Source: Bacilli bacterium (lineage in GTDB: Bacteria > Bacillota_I > Bacilli_A > ML615J-28 > CAG-698). From it: a DNA stretch of 64,000 bases. The notes beneath the pieces were generated by a model. That model searched no databases. It saw only the letters and a list, made by a program, of their open reading frames with translations, and was not told the origin of the DNA. Shown here one piece after another: positions 32,369 through 41,949 of this stretch. The stretch covers positions 187,234 to 251,233 of the forward strand of contig JBMNLX010000001.1 in assembly GCA_050953085.1 (NCBI GenBank), in the 5' to 3' direction. The translations under genes were made by a program, and so were the position numbers. Numbering within the stretch: position 1 is the first letter of the stretch; each line of letters starts with the position of its first letter.

Positions 32369-33168
32369 AAAGCATCCCTCTCCTCTTTCGCATACATCGC
32401 GCAGCGGGCGATCGCCTCGTCGAAATCAACGGCGTGAGCGTCAAATTCCGGACCGTCGACGCAGGCGAACTTCACCTCGCCGCCGACCGTGAGCCGGCAA
32501 CCGCCGCACATCCCCGTGCCGTCAATCATGATCGGGTTCATGCTGACGACCGTTTTCTGCCCATGTTCCTTAGTCAACAGGGCGACGTTTTTCATCATCT
32601 GAAGCGGCCCGACGGCGTAAACTACGTCATACTTCCGCTCGCCGAGCAGCCGCGATAGCGGCGACGTTACGAACCCTTTTTCTCCCGCGCTCCCGTCGTC
32701 GGTCGCGAGAAAAAAGCGGCCGCTTAAGGATCGAAACTCATTCTCGAGAAAAACAAGCTCTTTTGTTCGGAATCCCAAAACAACGTCAAGCTCGGCGCCC
32801 GTTTCGTTAAGGGCGCGAGCCAAAGGATAACAAATCGCGGCTCCCAAGCCGCCGCCGACGACCGCGGCGCTCTTAATCCCCTCTAAATCACTCGCCTTTC
32901 CGAGCGGTCCGGCGAAATCAAGAATCGCTTCGCCCTCCTCAAGCCCCGCGAGACGGTGCGTCGTGCTCCCGACGGTTTGGAAAATAATCCGAACCGTTCC
33001 GGCGGCGCGGTCAAATCCCGCGATCGTGAGCGGAATCCGCTCGCCGCGCTCGTCGATTCGCAGGATTATGAACTGACCGGGCAGCGCTTTTTTCGCGACC
33101 GCCGGGGCGGCGACTACCATTGAGAAAACAACGGGGTTTAATTGTTCCTTTTTTATAATTCGATACAT
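32347..33168 (-). CDS. nfnA: NfnA/SudB FAD/2Fe-2S subunit
   Basis: GERIPLTIA, DGTGMCGGCR, FACVDGPEF. Confidence 0.9.
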   Translation of the reverse strand: MYRIIKKEQLNPVVFSMVVAAPAVAKKALPGQFIILRIDERGERIPLTIAGFDRAAGTVRIIFQTVGSTTHRLAGLEEGEAILDFAGPLGKASDLEGIKSAAVVGGGLGAAICYPLARALNETGAELDVVLGFRTKELVFLENEFRSLSGRFFLATDDGSAGEKGFVTSPLSRLLGERKYDVVYAVGPLQMMKNVALLTKEHGQKTVVSMNPIMIDGTGMCGGCRLTVGGEVKFACVDGPEFDAHAVDFDEAIARCAMYAKEERDALCRLMKI

Positions 33169-33171
33169 AAC

Positions 33172-33786
33172 CTACCTTGGAATATAAAGATTTCCCGCGA
33201 TTTCGCGGCCGAGGCTCGTCGCCTCGCCGTGACCGGGATAAACTGTCAGCGTCGGGTTTAAACTCCGGAGTTTTGAAAACGAATCAACAAGAGCGTTCGG
33301 GACCGAACCCGGAAGATCGGCGCGGCCGATCCCGTCTTTAAAAAGAGTGTCGCCGGTAAATAGCATGTCGGCGATCATAAAACAGACGGAACAATCGCTA
33401 TGCCCCGGGGTCTCGATTACCCGGACCGGCGTCGAAAGGAGATCGATCTCGCTTCCATCGCCGATAAAACGCGCCCGTTCCTCGGGAACGGCGACCTTGA
33501 TTTCAAACGGGAAAAGCGCCGAGCAGTTAAGCTCGGGGTTCCCCAGCTTCGGATAAGCGGCGCGGTGAAGATAGACGGCCGCGGCGCTCTTTTTAACGTA
33601 GGAATCGAGCGCGGCAATGTGGTCAAAATGTCCGTGCGTGATAAAAACGCCGAGCAAGGTTATCGCGCCGCCATCGGTCGCCTCGTCGTAATCGACAGAG
33701 GGGTCGATTACGATCCCCCGGCCGTTCTCGGCGACGAGATAACAGTTCGCCTTGATTAATTTAGCGCGGAATCTTTTAATTTGCAT
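33172..33786 (-). CDS. MBL-fold metallohydrolase (glyoxalase II-like)
   Basis: THGHFDH, TPGHS, FTGDTLF, YPGHG. Confidence 0.92.
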   Translation of the reverse strand: MQIKRFRAKLIKANCYLVAENGRGIVIDPSVDYDEATDGGAITLLGVFITHGHFDHIAALDSYVKKSAAAVYLHRAAYPKLGNPELNCSALFPFEIKVAVPEERARFIGDGSEIDLLSTPVRVIETPGHSDCSVCFMIADMLFTGDTLFKDGIGRADLPGSVPNALVDSFSKLRSLNPTLTVYPGHGEATSLGREIAGNLYIPR

Positions 33787-34697
33787 ATTTTCTTCCTCGC
33801 TTCATACGCGCAGCCGTACATCCCGGCCGCGTTCCCCATTTCCGCAAGCGCGAACTTGGTATTGCGCACGGAAAAAAAGGCGAGCTCGCGAAATCTTTTT
33901 TCGACTCGGTCAAGGAGAAACTTGCCCGCCTTGCTTACGCCGCCGCCCAAAACGATCACCTCGGGATTGACGGTGTTGGTGATCGCCGCGAGCGCCGAGG
34001 CGAGTTTCTCGACCATATGATTCACGACTTCCAGGCAAACCTCGTCGCCCAGTTTGGCGTGATCAAAGATGTTCTTCGAGGTCACCTCGATTTCATTCAA
34101 GATTGTTTCCCGGCCGACGCGGAGTCGGTTCGCCGTTATCACGACGCCGGTCGCGCTCGCGTACTGCTCGATGCAATCATATAGCCCGCAAGTGCAGAGC
34201 CGGTCGTTGTGATAACCGACGCGGATATGGCCGATTTCCCCCGTCGACCCCGAGGCGCCCTCGACGAGCTCGTTATCGACGATAAGGCCGCCGCCAATCC
34301 CGGTCCCAAGCGTCATGAGAATAAAACTGCTGAAACCGGCGCCGCCGCCGTAAGCCCACTCGCCAACCGCCGCGGCGTTGGCGTCGTTTAACACCCTGAT
34401 AACGACCCCGGGGAAAAACTTCCCCAGTTCTTCCTCGACATTAAACTCCTTCCAGCCGAGATTTTGCGCGCCGAGAACGACGCCGCCGACGACCGGACCG
34501 GGAACGCCGATGCCGATTCCGGCGATTTCGTCCCCGCCCCGCATCTCGCGGACGACGCGGGCGACGTCACCGAGAATGTTGGCTCCGACGTCGCTTTTAT
34601 CGGTTTTGATCCGCCGGCTTTCCGCCAGCTCGTCGCCGTAAAATTTGCCGATTTTGATATTGGTCCCGCCAATATCGATTCCAAATACGCACTCCAT
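33756..34697 (-). CDS. glcK: ROK-family glucokinase
   Basis: GIDIGGT, NDANAAA, LGTGIGGG, EIGH, CTCG..DCIE. Confidence 0.88.
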   Translation of the reverse strand: MECVFGIDIGGTNIKIGKFYGDELAESRRIKTDKSDVGANILGDVARVVREMRGGDEIAGIGIGVPGPVVGGVVLGAQNLGWKEFNVEEELGKFFPGVVIRVLNDANAAAVGEWAYGGGAGFSSFILMTLGTGIGGGLIVDNELVEGASGSTGEIGHIRVGYHNDRLCTCGLYDCIEQYASATGVVITANRLRVGRETILNEIEVTSKNIFDHAKLGDEVCLEVVNHMVEKLASALAAITNTVNPEVIVLGGGVSKAGKFLLDRVEKRFRELAFFSVRNTKFALAEMGNAAGMYGCAYEARKKICKLKDSALN

Positions 34698-34842
34698 ATG
34701 TTGTTCCTCCGGATATTTTCTTATCTTCGCGAATAATCTTTTCTACCGTTTCATTATACCATAGGCGCGAAAAAAAGTTAAGTGCGGAAAAAGAAAAAAA
34801 ACCCGGCAAACGGGTCGTATATTTCGAATAGAATTAAAAAAA

Positions 34843-35085
34843 TTATTTTAAAAAATTACTGTAATTGACGATGATTACTTCCCCGCCGATCTTGACGATT
34901 TGGTTCCACGGTATGACGATATTGTTTCCGCCGGTGAAAAAATTCACGAGCCGCGTGTTGCTTTGCACGATAATGGCGGCGATTTTGCCGGTGGTTATAT
35001 CGATTTCCATATTGGCGATGCGGCCCATTTTCGTCCCGTCAACAACGTTGATCACGTCTTTGGACTGGAGCTCCCCCAAAAGCAT
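34843..35085 (-). CDS. YlmC/YmxH PRC-barrel sporulation protein
   Basis: KDVINVVDG.KMG and IPWNQIVKIGGEVIIV motifs. Confidence 0.92.
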   Translation of the reverse strand: MLLGELQSKDVINVVDGTKMGRIANMEIDITTGKIAAIIVQSNTRLVNFFTGGNNIVIPWNQIVKIGGEVIIVNYSNFLK

Positions 35086-35133
35086 GAATCCTCACCTACA
35101 GCATTATATGACGATTGTCGGCGATTATATACT

Positions 35134-35298
35134 TTATTTTGCGTTTTTCAGCCGCTCGAGCAATAACTCGTAGGCGATTTCCAAGTCTTTTTTCTTTTTC
35201 GTCGGCCGCCGGCGAACGCGGGCGCGGAACGCTTGGGGAAAGATATAAAAACGGTATATATTATCTTTGTTTCGGATAAAGTAGTAATTTTTCATCAT
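35134..35298 (-). CDS. Small basic hypothetical protein (54 aa)
   Basis: Hand-translated MMKNYYFIRNKDNIYRFYIFPQAFRARVRRRPTKKKKDLEIAYELLLERLKNAK; fills the rsfS-ylmC gap; no clear RBS. Confidence 0.4.
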   Translation of the reverse strand: MMKNYYFIRNKDNIYRFYIFPQAFRARVRRRPTKKKKDLEIAYELLLERLKNAK

Positions 35299-35332
35299 GC
35301 CATCGGGATTATTTTACCCGGCATGAAAGTTT

Positions 35333-35674
35333 TTATAATAAATTATCGGCGTCGATTTGAGGCAAATCCTTCCACAACTTATCTAGATCGTATTTTTCCC
35401 GTTCTTCCTGAAGAAAAATATTTAATAGGACGGAATCGGCGTCGACCAGCGCCCAATAACCGCCGCTCAAACCCTCGACGCCGCGGATCTCGTATCGCTT
35501 CTCGTCGCCGTCCTTTTTGACCCGCTCGACCGTGGTCCTGAGTTGACGGCCGGAGCTGGCCGTGGCGACGATCACGTAATCGAAAAACGGGGTGAGCGAT
35601 TTCGTCTCGTAAATCTTGATGTTTTTTACCTTTGCCTCGTCAATGCAACGAACGATGTTTTTTAGTAGTTCCAT
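35333..35674 (-). CDS. rsfS: Ribosome silencing factor
   Basis: FDYVIVAT, WALVD, REKYDLDKLW. Confidence 0.93.
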   Translation of the reverse strand: MELLKNIVRCIDEAKVKNIKIYETKSLTPFFDYVIVATASSGRQLRTTVERVKKDGDEKRYEIRGVEGLSGGYWALVDADSVLLNIFLQEEREKYDLDKLWKDLPQIDADNLL

Positions 35675-36249
35675 TTTACCTCCGCGTATTTATTATACAA
35701 GTCAATCTGTTCCCGGGAATAGTCATTCAAATCCTTCATCTTTTTCTTGATTTTCAGGGCGATCGCCTTCCGAAAATCATGCCGGGCGGCTTCGCGCGCT
35801 TCTTTCGCGTAATCCTCAAGTCGGGTGTCGTCAATAAAATCAGCGAGAAAGACGATTTCCGCCGTAAGATCCATCTCCAGGCTCCCGGTCGTGTGCCAGC
35901 GGACGGCGCCCGCGATCACGGGATCGTCGACGCCCAGTTCTTCCGCCAAAACGAAAGGTCCGAGGAGGGCGTGCCATGTCTTCGGTGAGATTTTTATGAT
36001 TTCGTCATAGACCCCGTGTTTCCGGGCGAGCCCAAGGAAACGCTCTTCCTTTTCAAATTTCGCGTAATCATGAAGCGCGGCGGCGATGAGCGTCTTTTCC
36101 CTGTCGACGGGAAGGGAAAAACGGTCGATCAACTCCTCGCTCTTCTTTACGACCGCGAGCGAATGCAAATAACGGTGAAGAATTTCCCGATTCCCGCTTT
36201 GCAAGTATTTATGCCATAAAAGCGTTTTGTATTCTTCCAGCGTTTTCAT
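35662..36249 (-). CDS. yqeK: YqeK HD-domain Ap4A hydrolase
   Basis: HSLAV, LHDYAK, WHTTG, FLADFI; upstream of rsfS. Confidence 0.88.
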   Translation of the reverse strand: MKTLEEYKTLLWHKYLQSGNREILHRYLHSLAVVKKSEELIDRFSLPVDREKTLIAAALHDYAKFEKEERFLGLARKHGVYDEIIKISPKTWHALLGPFVLAEELGVDDPVIAGAVRWHTTGSLEMDLTAEIVFLADFIDDTRLEDYAKEAREAARHDFRKAIALKIKKKMKDLNDYSREQIDLYNKYAEVKWNY

Positions 36250-36257
36250 ATCCAACC

Positions 36258-37355
36258 TCAAATAATCGCTTTCCGGATTCCGACTTTGATTTTTTCAAAG
36301 CAATAAACCTCGACCCGGCCGGCGCCGGCCAGGGTCACGAACCCGATCCCGCTTATGGTAATGTCGACCTTTTCCGGTCCGAAAGTAAAATCATAGCGGG
36401 CGAATTTCCCCAGCCTTTCGCGCTCCGCGGGATTGGGGATTTTTAAAATATCGTCGCGATGGCGCTCGTAAAACTCCCCGGTGTTTTCAAGCCGCGTCCG
36501 GTGAACAGGCAAGGCGTTCGCGGCGTAAACAACAAAGGACGAGCGGCTCCCGGAGATGAATTTTAAAAATCCGAAACCGGCGATAAAGAGCGTCTGTCCC
36601 GGGTCGAGCTGATAAACGCGCGGGCGGATCGGCTTTTTCGAGACGAGTTTCTTTTGGTTCGCGTAATCGAGATAATTAGTCGCCTGCCGGGCGTTTATGA
36701 TCCCCGGCATGTCGATAAGCGAGAGATCCGGCGCGAGCGGCGCCTCAATAAAATCAAGGGTCGTGCCGATATAGCCGCTCACGGTAATTTCCCCCGGCGT
36801 TTTTTTAGCGCGTCCGACGAGCGCGTTTATTAGCGTCGATTTCCCGACGTTGGTCATCCCGAAAAAATACGCTTCCCGCCCCGTTTGTCGGGACTTAATC
36901 GCGGCCAAAAGCGCGTCGATATCCTCCCGGTCGCGGGCGGAGATAACGAGCGCGTCCGCCGCGTCAATGCCTTTTTCTTCGAAAAAAGCGCGGACGTATG
37001 CCAGGATTTTTCCCCGCTTTACCGACGGTAAGAACAAATCGAATTTATTGGCGACGAATAACTTCGGGTTGTCCGGAAAATAATCGTTTATCTCGGGGAC
37101 ATACGTTCCCTCGAGGTCGAAAACGTCGACGACGTTGACGACGAGAGCCTTGCTTTCCGCGACCGCGGCGATAAATTCCCGCATGTCCAAATCTTCCGCC
37201 CCGATTGGAAGCGGGCGGTTATAATGAATGATATTATAGCATCGCTCGCAATAAAAACTATCTTCCCGCCGTTTCAAAACGTCTGCGCGAACATACCCGC
37301 GGCTCCCGGGGTTCGTCGTCTGGACGGGAGCCCCGCAACCCCGACATTTACTCAT
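36258..37355 (-). CDS. yqeH: Ribosome biogenesis GTPase YqeH
   Basis: CRGCG/CERC Zn finger, NKFD, GMTNVGKS, DMPG. Confidence 0.94.
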   Translation of the reverse strand: MSKCRGCGAPVQTTNPGSRGYVRADVLKRREDSFYCERCYNIIHYNRPLPIGAEDLDMREFIAAVAESKALVVNVVDVFDLEGTYVPEINDYFPDNPKLFVANKFDLFLPSVKRGKILAYVRAFFEEKGIDAADALVISARDREDIDALLAAIKSRQTGREAYFFGMTNVGKSTLINALVGRAKKTPGEITVSGYIGTTLDFIEAPLAPDLSLIDMPGIINARQATNYLDYANQKKLVSKKPIRPRVYQLDPGQTLFIAGFGFLKFISGSRSSFVVYAANALPVHRTRLENTGEFYERHRDDILKIPNPAERERLGKFARYDFTFGPEKVDITISGIGFVTLAGAGRVEVYCFEKIKVGIRKAII

Positions 37356-37893
37356 CCCAAACCCCGAATTTCCGGTAAACCTCGGGATAATGCTTCTTTA
37401 TTTTCCGGAGAGCGTAGTTTTCGATTTTCCGGTTCAGCCGCGTGTACCACTTTTCCGTCCGGACGGCGATCGGTTTCACGAGATAGGCGTCGATTCCGAA
37501 CCGGTTCGATCCCAAAATATCGGTGACGAGTTGGTCGCCGATCGAGACGATCGCGTCTTTCCCGAAAGGTTTTACGAGTTTAAGCGCTTTGCGGTAACCG
37601 CGCTTAAAAGGCTTCAGCGCGTTTTCAATATAACGCGAGCCCGTGGCCCGCGCGAATGTTTCCACCCGTTTTTTATGGTTGTTGGAAATAAATATTATTT
37701 CAAACCCGATTTCCTTGATCCGTTTAAAAAGCGCCATAAGTTTTTCGCCCGGCTCGCTTTCGGCGTAAGAAACCAAGGTATTGTCGATATCCATTAGTAT
37801 TATTCGCTTGCCCGCCTCATATAATTTATTGTAATCGATGTCGAAAACTGTCTTATAAACTTCTTTGGGCAATAAATTCTTCAACTTAAACAA
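37348..37893 (-). CDS. yqeG: YqeG HAD-IIIA phosphatase
   Basis: DIDNTL, SNN, KP, IGDQLVTD. Confidence 0.93.
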   Translation of the reverse strand: MFKLKNLLPKEVYKTVFDIDYNKLYEAGKRIILMDIDNTLVSYAESEPGEKLMALFKRIKEIGFEIIFISNNHKKRVETFARATGSRYIENALKPFKRGYRKALKLVKPFGKDAIVSIGDQLVTDILGSNRFGIDAYLVKPIAVRTEKWYTRLNRKIENYALRKIKKHYPEVYRKFGVWDE

Positions 37894-37963
37894 ATCAGCC
37901 TAAACCTCCGTAAAACAATTATATCAAAAACGACGTGAAAAGTAAAAGCGAAAAGGTGAAAAA

Positions 37964-38635
37964 ATGATTGATTTATTAAGTTTGTTATTGTTACCGATAT
38001 TGGGCGCGATCGGCTCGCAAAGTTTCCCGGAAGTATTATCCCCGGAAGACGAAGAAAAATATCTCAAACTTTGGGAACAAGGCGACGAGGAAGCGCGCAA
38101 TATCTTAATCGAGCATAACCTGAGGCTTGTCGCGCATATCGTCAAGAAATTTGAAAACACCAGGGAAGACAAGGACGACTTGCTTTCCATCGGCGCTTTT
38201 GGCCTGATTAAGGCCGTCGATTCCTACAATTTTAATTCTTCCACGAAACTCGCGACTTATGCCGCGCGGTGTATCGAAAATGAAATTTTAATGTTTTTGC
38301 GCAGTTCCAAGCGGAAAAGACAGGACACCTGGCTTTACTCGACGATCGGCTCCGACAAGGAAGGAAACGAGATTAGGCTTTGCGATGTAATCGAGGACCC
38401 CGGGAAATCCGCTTTCGAAAAACTCGTTCTCGAGGAAAAGATCGCGACGATCAAGGAAGCGCTAAAGATCCTCACTCCCCGCGAGCTCGACATTATTTCC
38501 CGGCGTTTCGGCCTAAACGGCCGGGAAATCGAGACGCAGCGGGAAATCGCCCGGAGCTTGAAAATCTCGCGCAGTTACGTCTCGCGGATTGAAAAGCGGG
38601 CCCTGACGAAACTTTACCTGAAAATCAAAAAATAA
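37964..38635 (+). CDS. sigK: Sporulation sigma factor pro-SigK, uninterrupted
   Basis: LIEHNLRLVAHIVKKF, KLATYAARCIENEILM, TQREIA..L.ISRSYVSRIEKRAL; hydrophobic N-terminal pro-sequence. Confidence 0.93.
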   Translation: MIDLLSLLLLPILGAIGSQSFPEVLSPEDEEKYLKLWEQGDEEARNILIEHNLRLVAHIVKKFENTREDKDDLLSIGAFGLIKAVDSYNFNSSTKLATYAARCIENEILMFLRSSKRKRQDTWLYSTIGSDKEGNEIRLCDVIEDPGKSAFEKLVLEEKIATIKEALKILTPRELDIISRRFGLNGREIETQREIARSLKISRSYVSRIEKRALTKLYLKIKK

Positions 38636-38655
38636 GCGGCTTCGACCGCCTATTT

Positions 38656-39723
38656 TTATGACCCGGCGCATATCCCGTCGATAACGCGCGCCGCCCTAAC
38701 GAAAGCGTCGTCCGCCGGCAGGTCTTGATAATACCGGCAATATCCCGCGAGCTCGCCGAAAACGAAATAGAAAAGGTCCTCTTCCGCAAGTTTTTGATAT
38801 ATTGCCGGGACCCGCGGTAAAAGCGTCGATTCAAAGAATCGCCTTCCGCCCGCGCCCGAAAACTCGCGTTCCAAATAACCGCCGAATAACTCGGCGCTCT
38901 TTTCGGGACTTGAAACAAGAAAATAAACGTCGCGGTACATTCGCGAAAGTTCGATGCTTCTCGTCGCGTCGGGGAAAAGCCGAACGAAATTAATCGCCGG
39001 CGTTCGCCGGGAAAGTTCGTAAAGCGCCGGCAGTTTTTCATCGCTTTTTACGACGACTTTTTCAAGCCGGTCTAGCGCGCCGTGATTTATTTCGTCGCGC
39101 AGGACGAGCCGGCCCCTTTTTCGCTCGATTTTATTCCCGAGCAGGATAAACCCGGCTTCCTGCCGCTGATAGCGGATGTTTATCGCTTCCTGCGTCCCGA
39201 AAACCTTCTCGTAATCAAGGATAACGGGATCGGATATCGTCCAGTGCTGAATATATCCGGCGGGGATTTTGTCTCGCCGGGCAAAATATGCGCTTAAATC
39301 CGCTCCGGACTCGATAAATTCGACGCCGGTAAAAAGCAGGTGAATCTTCCGCTTAACGGAATAAGCCCACTCGCTTTGCACGGGTATAAACCCGGCGTCT
39401 TCTTTAATGACATGGATATAACCGTCCTCGTCGAAATGCGAAGCGCAAGCAAAATACCGGGCGACGCCCTTGTTTCGCGTGACGTCGATCAACCGCGTCC
39501 TAAAACCGTAGTGCTGCAGGGTCGCGAGCGCCTTGACGCAATCCCGTTCGTCCCCGCCGTAGTCGCGCGGGCGAGCGATATGAAGGATCTCTTCGAGATT
39601 CTCGACGCTATCCCGGTAATAACGGCTCTCCGCCGCAAGCGGAACGCGGCCGATCTCTTCGCGCGTCAAAGCCGGGCGGATATTTTTGTATTTGCGCGGC
39701 TCGCCGCGGTAATAAATTTCCAT
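38656..39723 (-). CDS. FRG-domain protein
   Basis: YYRGE, LQHYGFRTRLIDVT, YFAC, RYQRQEAGF. Confidence 0.85.
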   Translation of the reverse strand: MEIYYRGEPRKYKNIRPALTREEIGRVPLAAESRYYRDSVENLEEILHIARPRDYGGDERDCVKALATLQHYGFRTRLIDVTRNKGVARYFACASHFDEDGYIHVIKEDAGFIPVQSEWAYSVKRKIHLLFTGVEFIESGADLSAYFARRDKIPAGYIQHWTISDPVILDYEKVFGTQEAINIRYQRQEAGFILLGNKIERKRGRLVLRDEINHGALDRLEKVVVKSDEKLPALYELSRRTPAINFVRLFPDATRSIELSRMYRDVYFLVSSPEKSAELFGGYLEREFSGAGGRRFFESTLLPRVPAIYQKLAEEDLFYFVFGELAGYCRYYQDLPADDAFVRAARVIDGICAGS

Positions 39724-39745
39724 AACAAACCTCCGATCTTTTTCC

Positions 39746-40027
39746 CTACAACAAACTCAATACCATCAACATAGACAATATCAAGAGCAGGACTGTGTTG
39801 TAAAGAAAGAAGTTAGCCAGTTTTCGGTTATCTTTGCGGATAATCACGGAACAAAGCAAATTGATCGCCGTCATCACGAACATAAAGATCGTCGTCGCCA
39901 TCGCGGCCGACAAAATCTTGACCAACTGCAAGACGATAATGACGACGAGAGCCGCGGCGGCGGCGCCGAAGATAACGAGAATCAGTTTTTCCTCGCCGTT
40001 GGCTTTATTTTGTTTTTCTTTCGTCAT
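39746..40027 (-). CDS. Hypothetical three-TM membrane protein
   Basis: AAGGAG RBS, three hydrophobic helices. Confidence 0.65.
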   Translation of the reverse strand: MTKEKQNKANGEEKLILVIFGAAAAALVVIIVLQLVKILSAAMATTIFMFVMTAINLLCSVIIRKDNRKLANFFLYNTVLLLILSMLMVLSLL

Positions 40028-40059
40028 TCGCTCCTTTTTCTGTTCTAACGCGTGTTTCT

Positions 40060-41949
40060 TTAGCGGTCATACCAACGCGCCTGGGTCGAATACAGGCGGG
40101 CGTACTCGCCCCCTTTCGCAAGCAGTTCCTCGTGCCGACCGTCCTCGACGATTCGGCCGTCCTTGAAGACGACGACCCGGTCCGCGAGCGCGGCGACGCT
40201 TATCCGGTGCGTTACCATAATGACGGTCTTATCGCGCGACATCTCGATATATCTCCGGAAAATATCCGCCTCGGTGAAGGGATCGAGATTGCTCGTCGGC
40301 TCGTCAAGGATAATGAAATCGCGCTCGCGGTAATAGGCGCGGCCGATGGCGATTTTTTGCCATTCGCCGCCGGAAAGATCGATCCCGCCGATGTCCTTTC
40401 CCAAAAGCGCCTCTTTGTCGGCCGCCGCGAACCCGGAGAAGGTTAAAGCCTCGGCGATCTTGCCATCGTCGCGAGCCGCGCCAATATCGCCGAGAAAGAC
40501 GTTATCGCCGACGGTAAAGGATTTAAAACGGTTCGGTTCTTGGAAGACATATGAAAGCGCGCGATAGCGGCTGGCGAAAGATATATCTCCCGCCGACTCT
40601 CCGTTTATCAAAATCTCGCCCGCTGCGGGTTGAAGCATCCCGGTGAGGAGTTTTATAAACGTCGTCTTCCCGGCCCCGTTCTCGCCGACGAAAGCCACCT
40701 TCTCGCCGCGGCGGATCGTGAAATCGACGTTTTTTATCCGATAGATATCGGTAAAGGGGTAGCGGTATGAAACCTTCCGCGCTTCCAACTTCTCGATCGA
40801 AAGCGGGTCGGGGGCGTCCTCCGCGCCCGTCGGTTGCTCGTTTAAATCGATAAACTCGAAAAACTGCGCCGCCTCGTGCTTTTTGGAAAGAAAATTGGCG
40901 ATGGCGCTAAAAAGCCGGCCGGTGCTGTGCATCAGCGTCCCGTTTAAGGCCAGGACGGCGCCGAGCGCGCCGACCGAGAGTTCCCCCCGCGTCAACAAAA
41001 TAATCGCAAAGACATTCGCGGCGAGCGTGACGATATTGCTTATGAAACTGCTCGCCGTGTTAAGCAAAAAAACGTTGAACTGATTCTTCTTTTCCTTTCG
41101 GAGATATTCGTCGGCCAAGGTTTTCCACTTATGATAGAAAAAATCATGAAGATTGAGCGCCTTAACCTCGATGGCCGAAAGGTCGAGCATGACGTTTTGG
41201 TAATATCGCGCCTCGCGCAAAATTTTCGAATGATCGCGCGTGAACTTAAAAGTTAGCTTGTTTCCGACATACGTCGTGTAAAGAGTAGGCAGCGGCGCCG
41301 CCAAAACGATTAAACACAAAATCGGGTGATAAATATACAACGAGGCGGCGACGGCGAGTACGGAGACGATCTTCGCGATGATGACGTATCCTTCGATGAT
41401 GACTCCTCTTTGGAGCGAGCTCCACTCGCTGCCCATCGCGTCAAAACTGCGCTTAATAATATCGTTTATTTTCGGCGCTTCCATATAATCGGGATAAAGC
41501 CGGGCGATTTTTTGATATAGTTTGGCGCGGAACTTTTCCTGCAGGCGGTGATCCTGAACCTTGCTTAAGCGTTCGATATCCTCGCCGCCGTAAAGGTAGC
41601 GGTTGAGGAGACGCTCCGCGAAGCCGATCAGCCAGTACAACGTCGCAAGGCCGGCGAGCGAGAGCATTTGCGGGAGGGTGACGTCGATCGCGCCGGCGCG
41701 GGCGTTCGCGGCGTCGATATATTTCCCCCAAATAAAAGCCAGGGCCGGTTGCAGGAGACTTAAGAAAACGGCCAGGCCGAGAAAAACGCCGCACATCGCT
41801 TTCGCCGAGCCGAACACGTAGACGAAAAGCCTCGTCAGGAAGGGCAACCGCGCCGCGTTTTCCTTCAAAATATCGCGTTCGAAAACGGCGGTATTATCGT
41901 CGTGTTTGATTTCATATGCCGGCTGCGGCGCTTTATTATTCCCCGCCAT
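40060..41949 (-). CDS. ABC exporter, fused TMD-NBD subunit
   Basis: GENGAGKT, LSGGEWQ, ILDEPT. Confidence 0.93.
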   Translation of the reverse strand: MAGNNKAPQPAYEIKHDDNTAVFERDILKENAARLPFLTRLFVYVFGSAKAMCGVFLGLAVFLSLLQPALAFIWGKYIDAANARAGAIDVTLPQMLSLAGLATLYWLIGFAERLLNRYLYGGEDIERLSKVQDHRLQEKFRAKLYQKIARLYPDYMEAPKINDIIKRSFDAMGSEWSSLQRGVIIEGYVIIAKIVSVLAVAASLYIYHPILCLIVLAAPLPTLYTTYVGNKLTFKFTRDHSKILREARYYQNVMLDLSAIEVKALNLHDFFYHKWKTLADEYLRKEKKNQFNVFLLNTASSFISNIVTLAANVFAIILLTRGELSVGALGAVLALNGTLMHSTGRLFSAIANFLSKKHEAAQFFEFIDLNEQPTGAEDAPDPLSIEKLEARKVSYRYPFTDIYRIKNVDFTIRRGEKVAFVGENGAGKTTFIKLLTGMLQPAAGEILINGESAGDISFASRYRALSYVFQEPNRFKSFTVGDNVFLGDIGAARDDGKIAEALTFSGFAAADKEALLGKDIGGIDLSGGEWQKIAIGRAYYRERDFIILDEPTSNLDPFTEADIFRRYIEMSRDKTVIMVTHRISVAALADRVVVFKDGRIVEDGRHEELLAKGGEYARLYSTQARWYDR

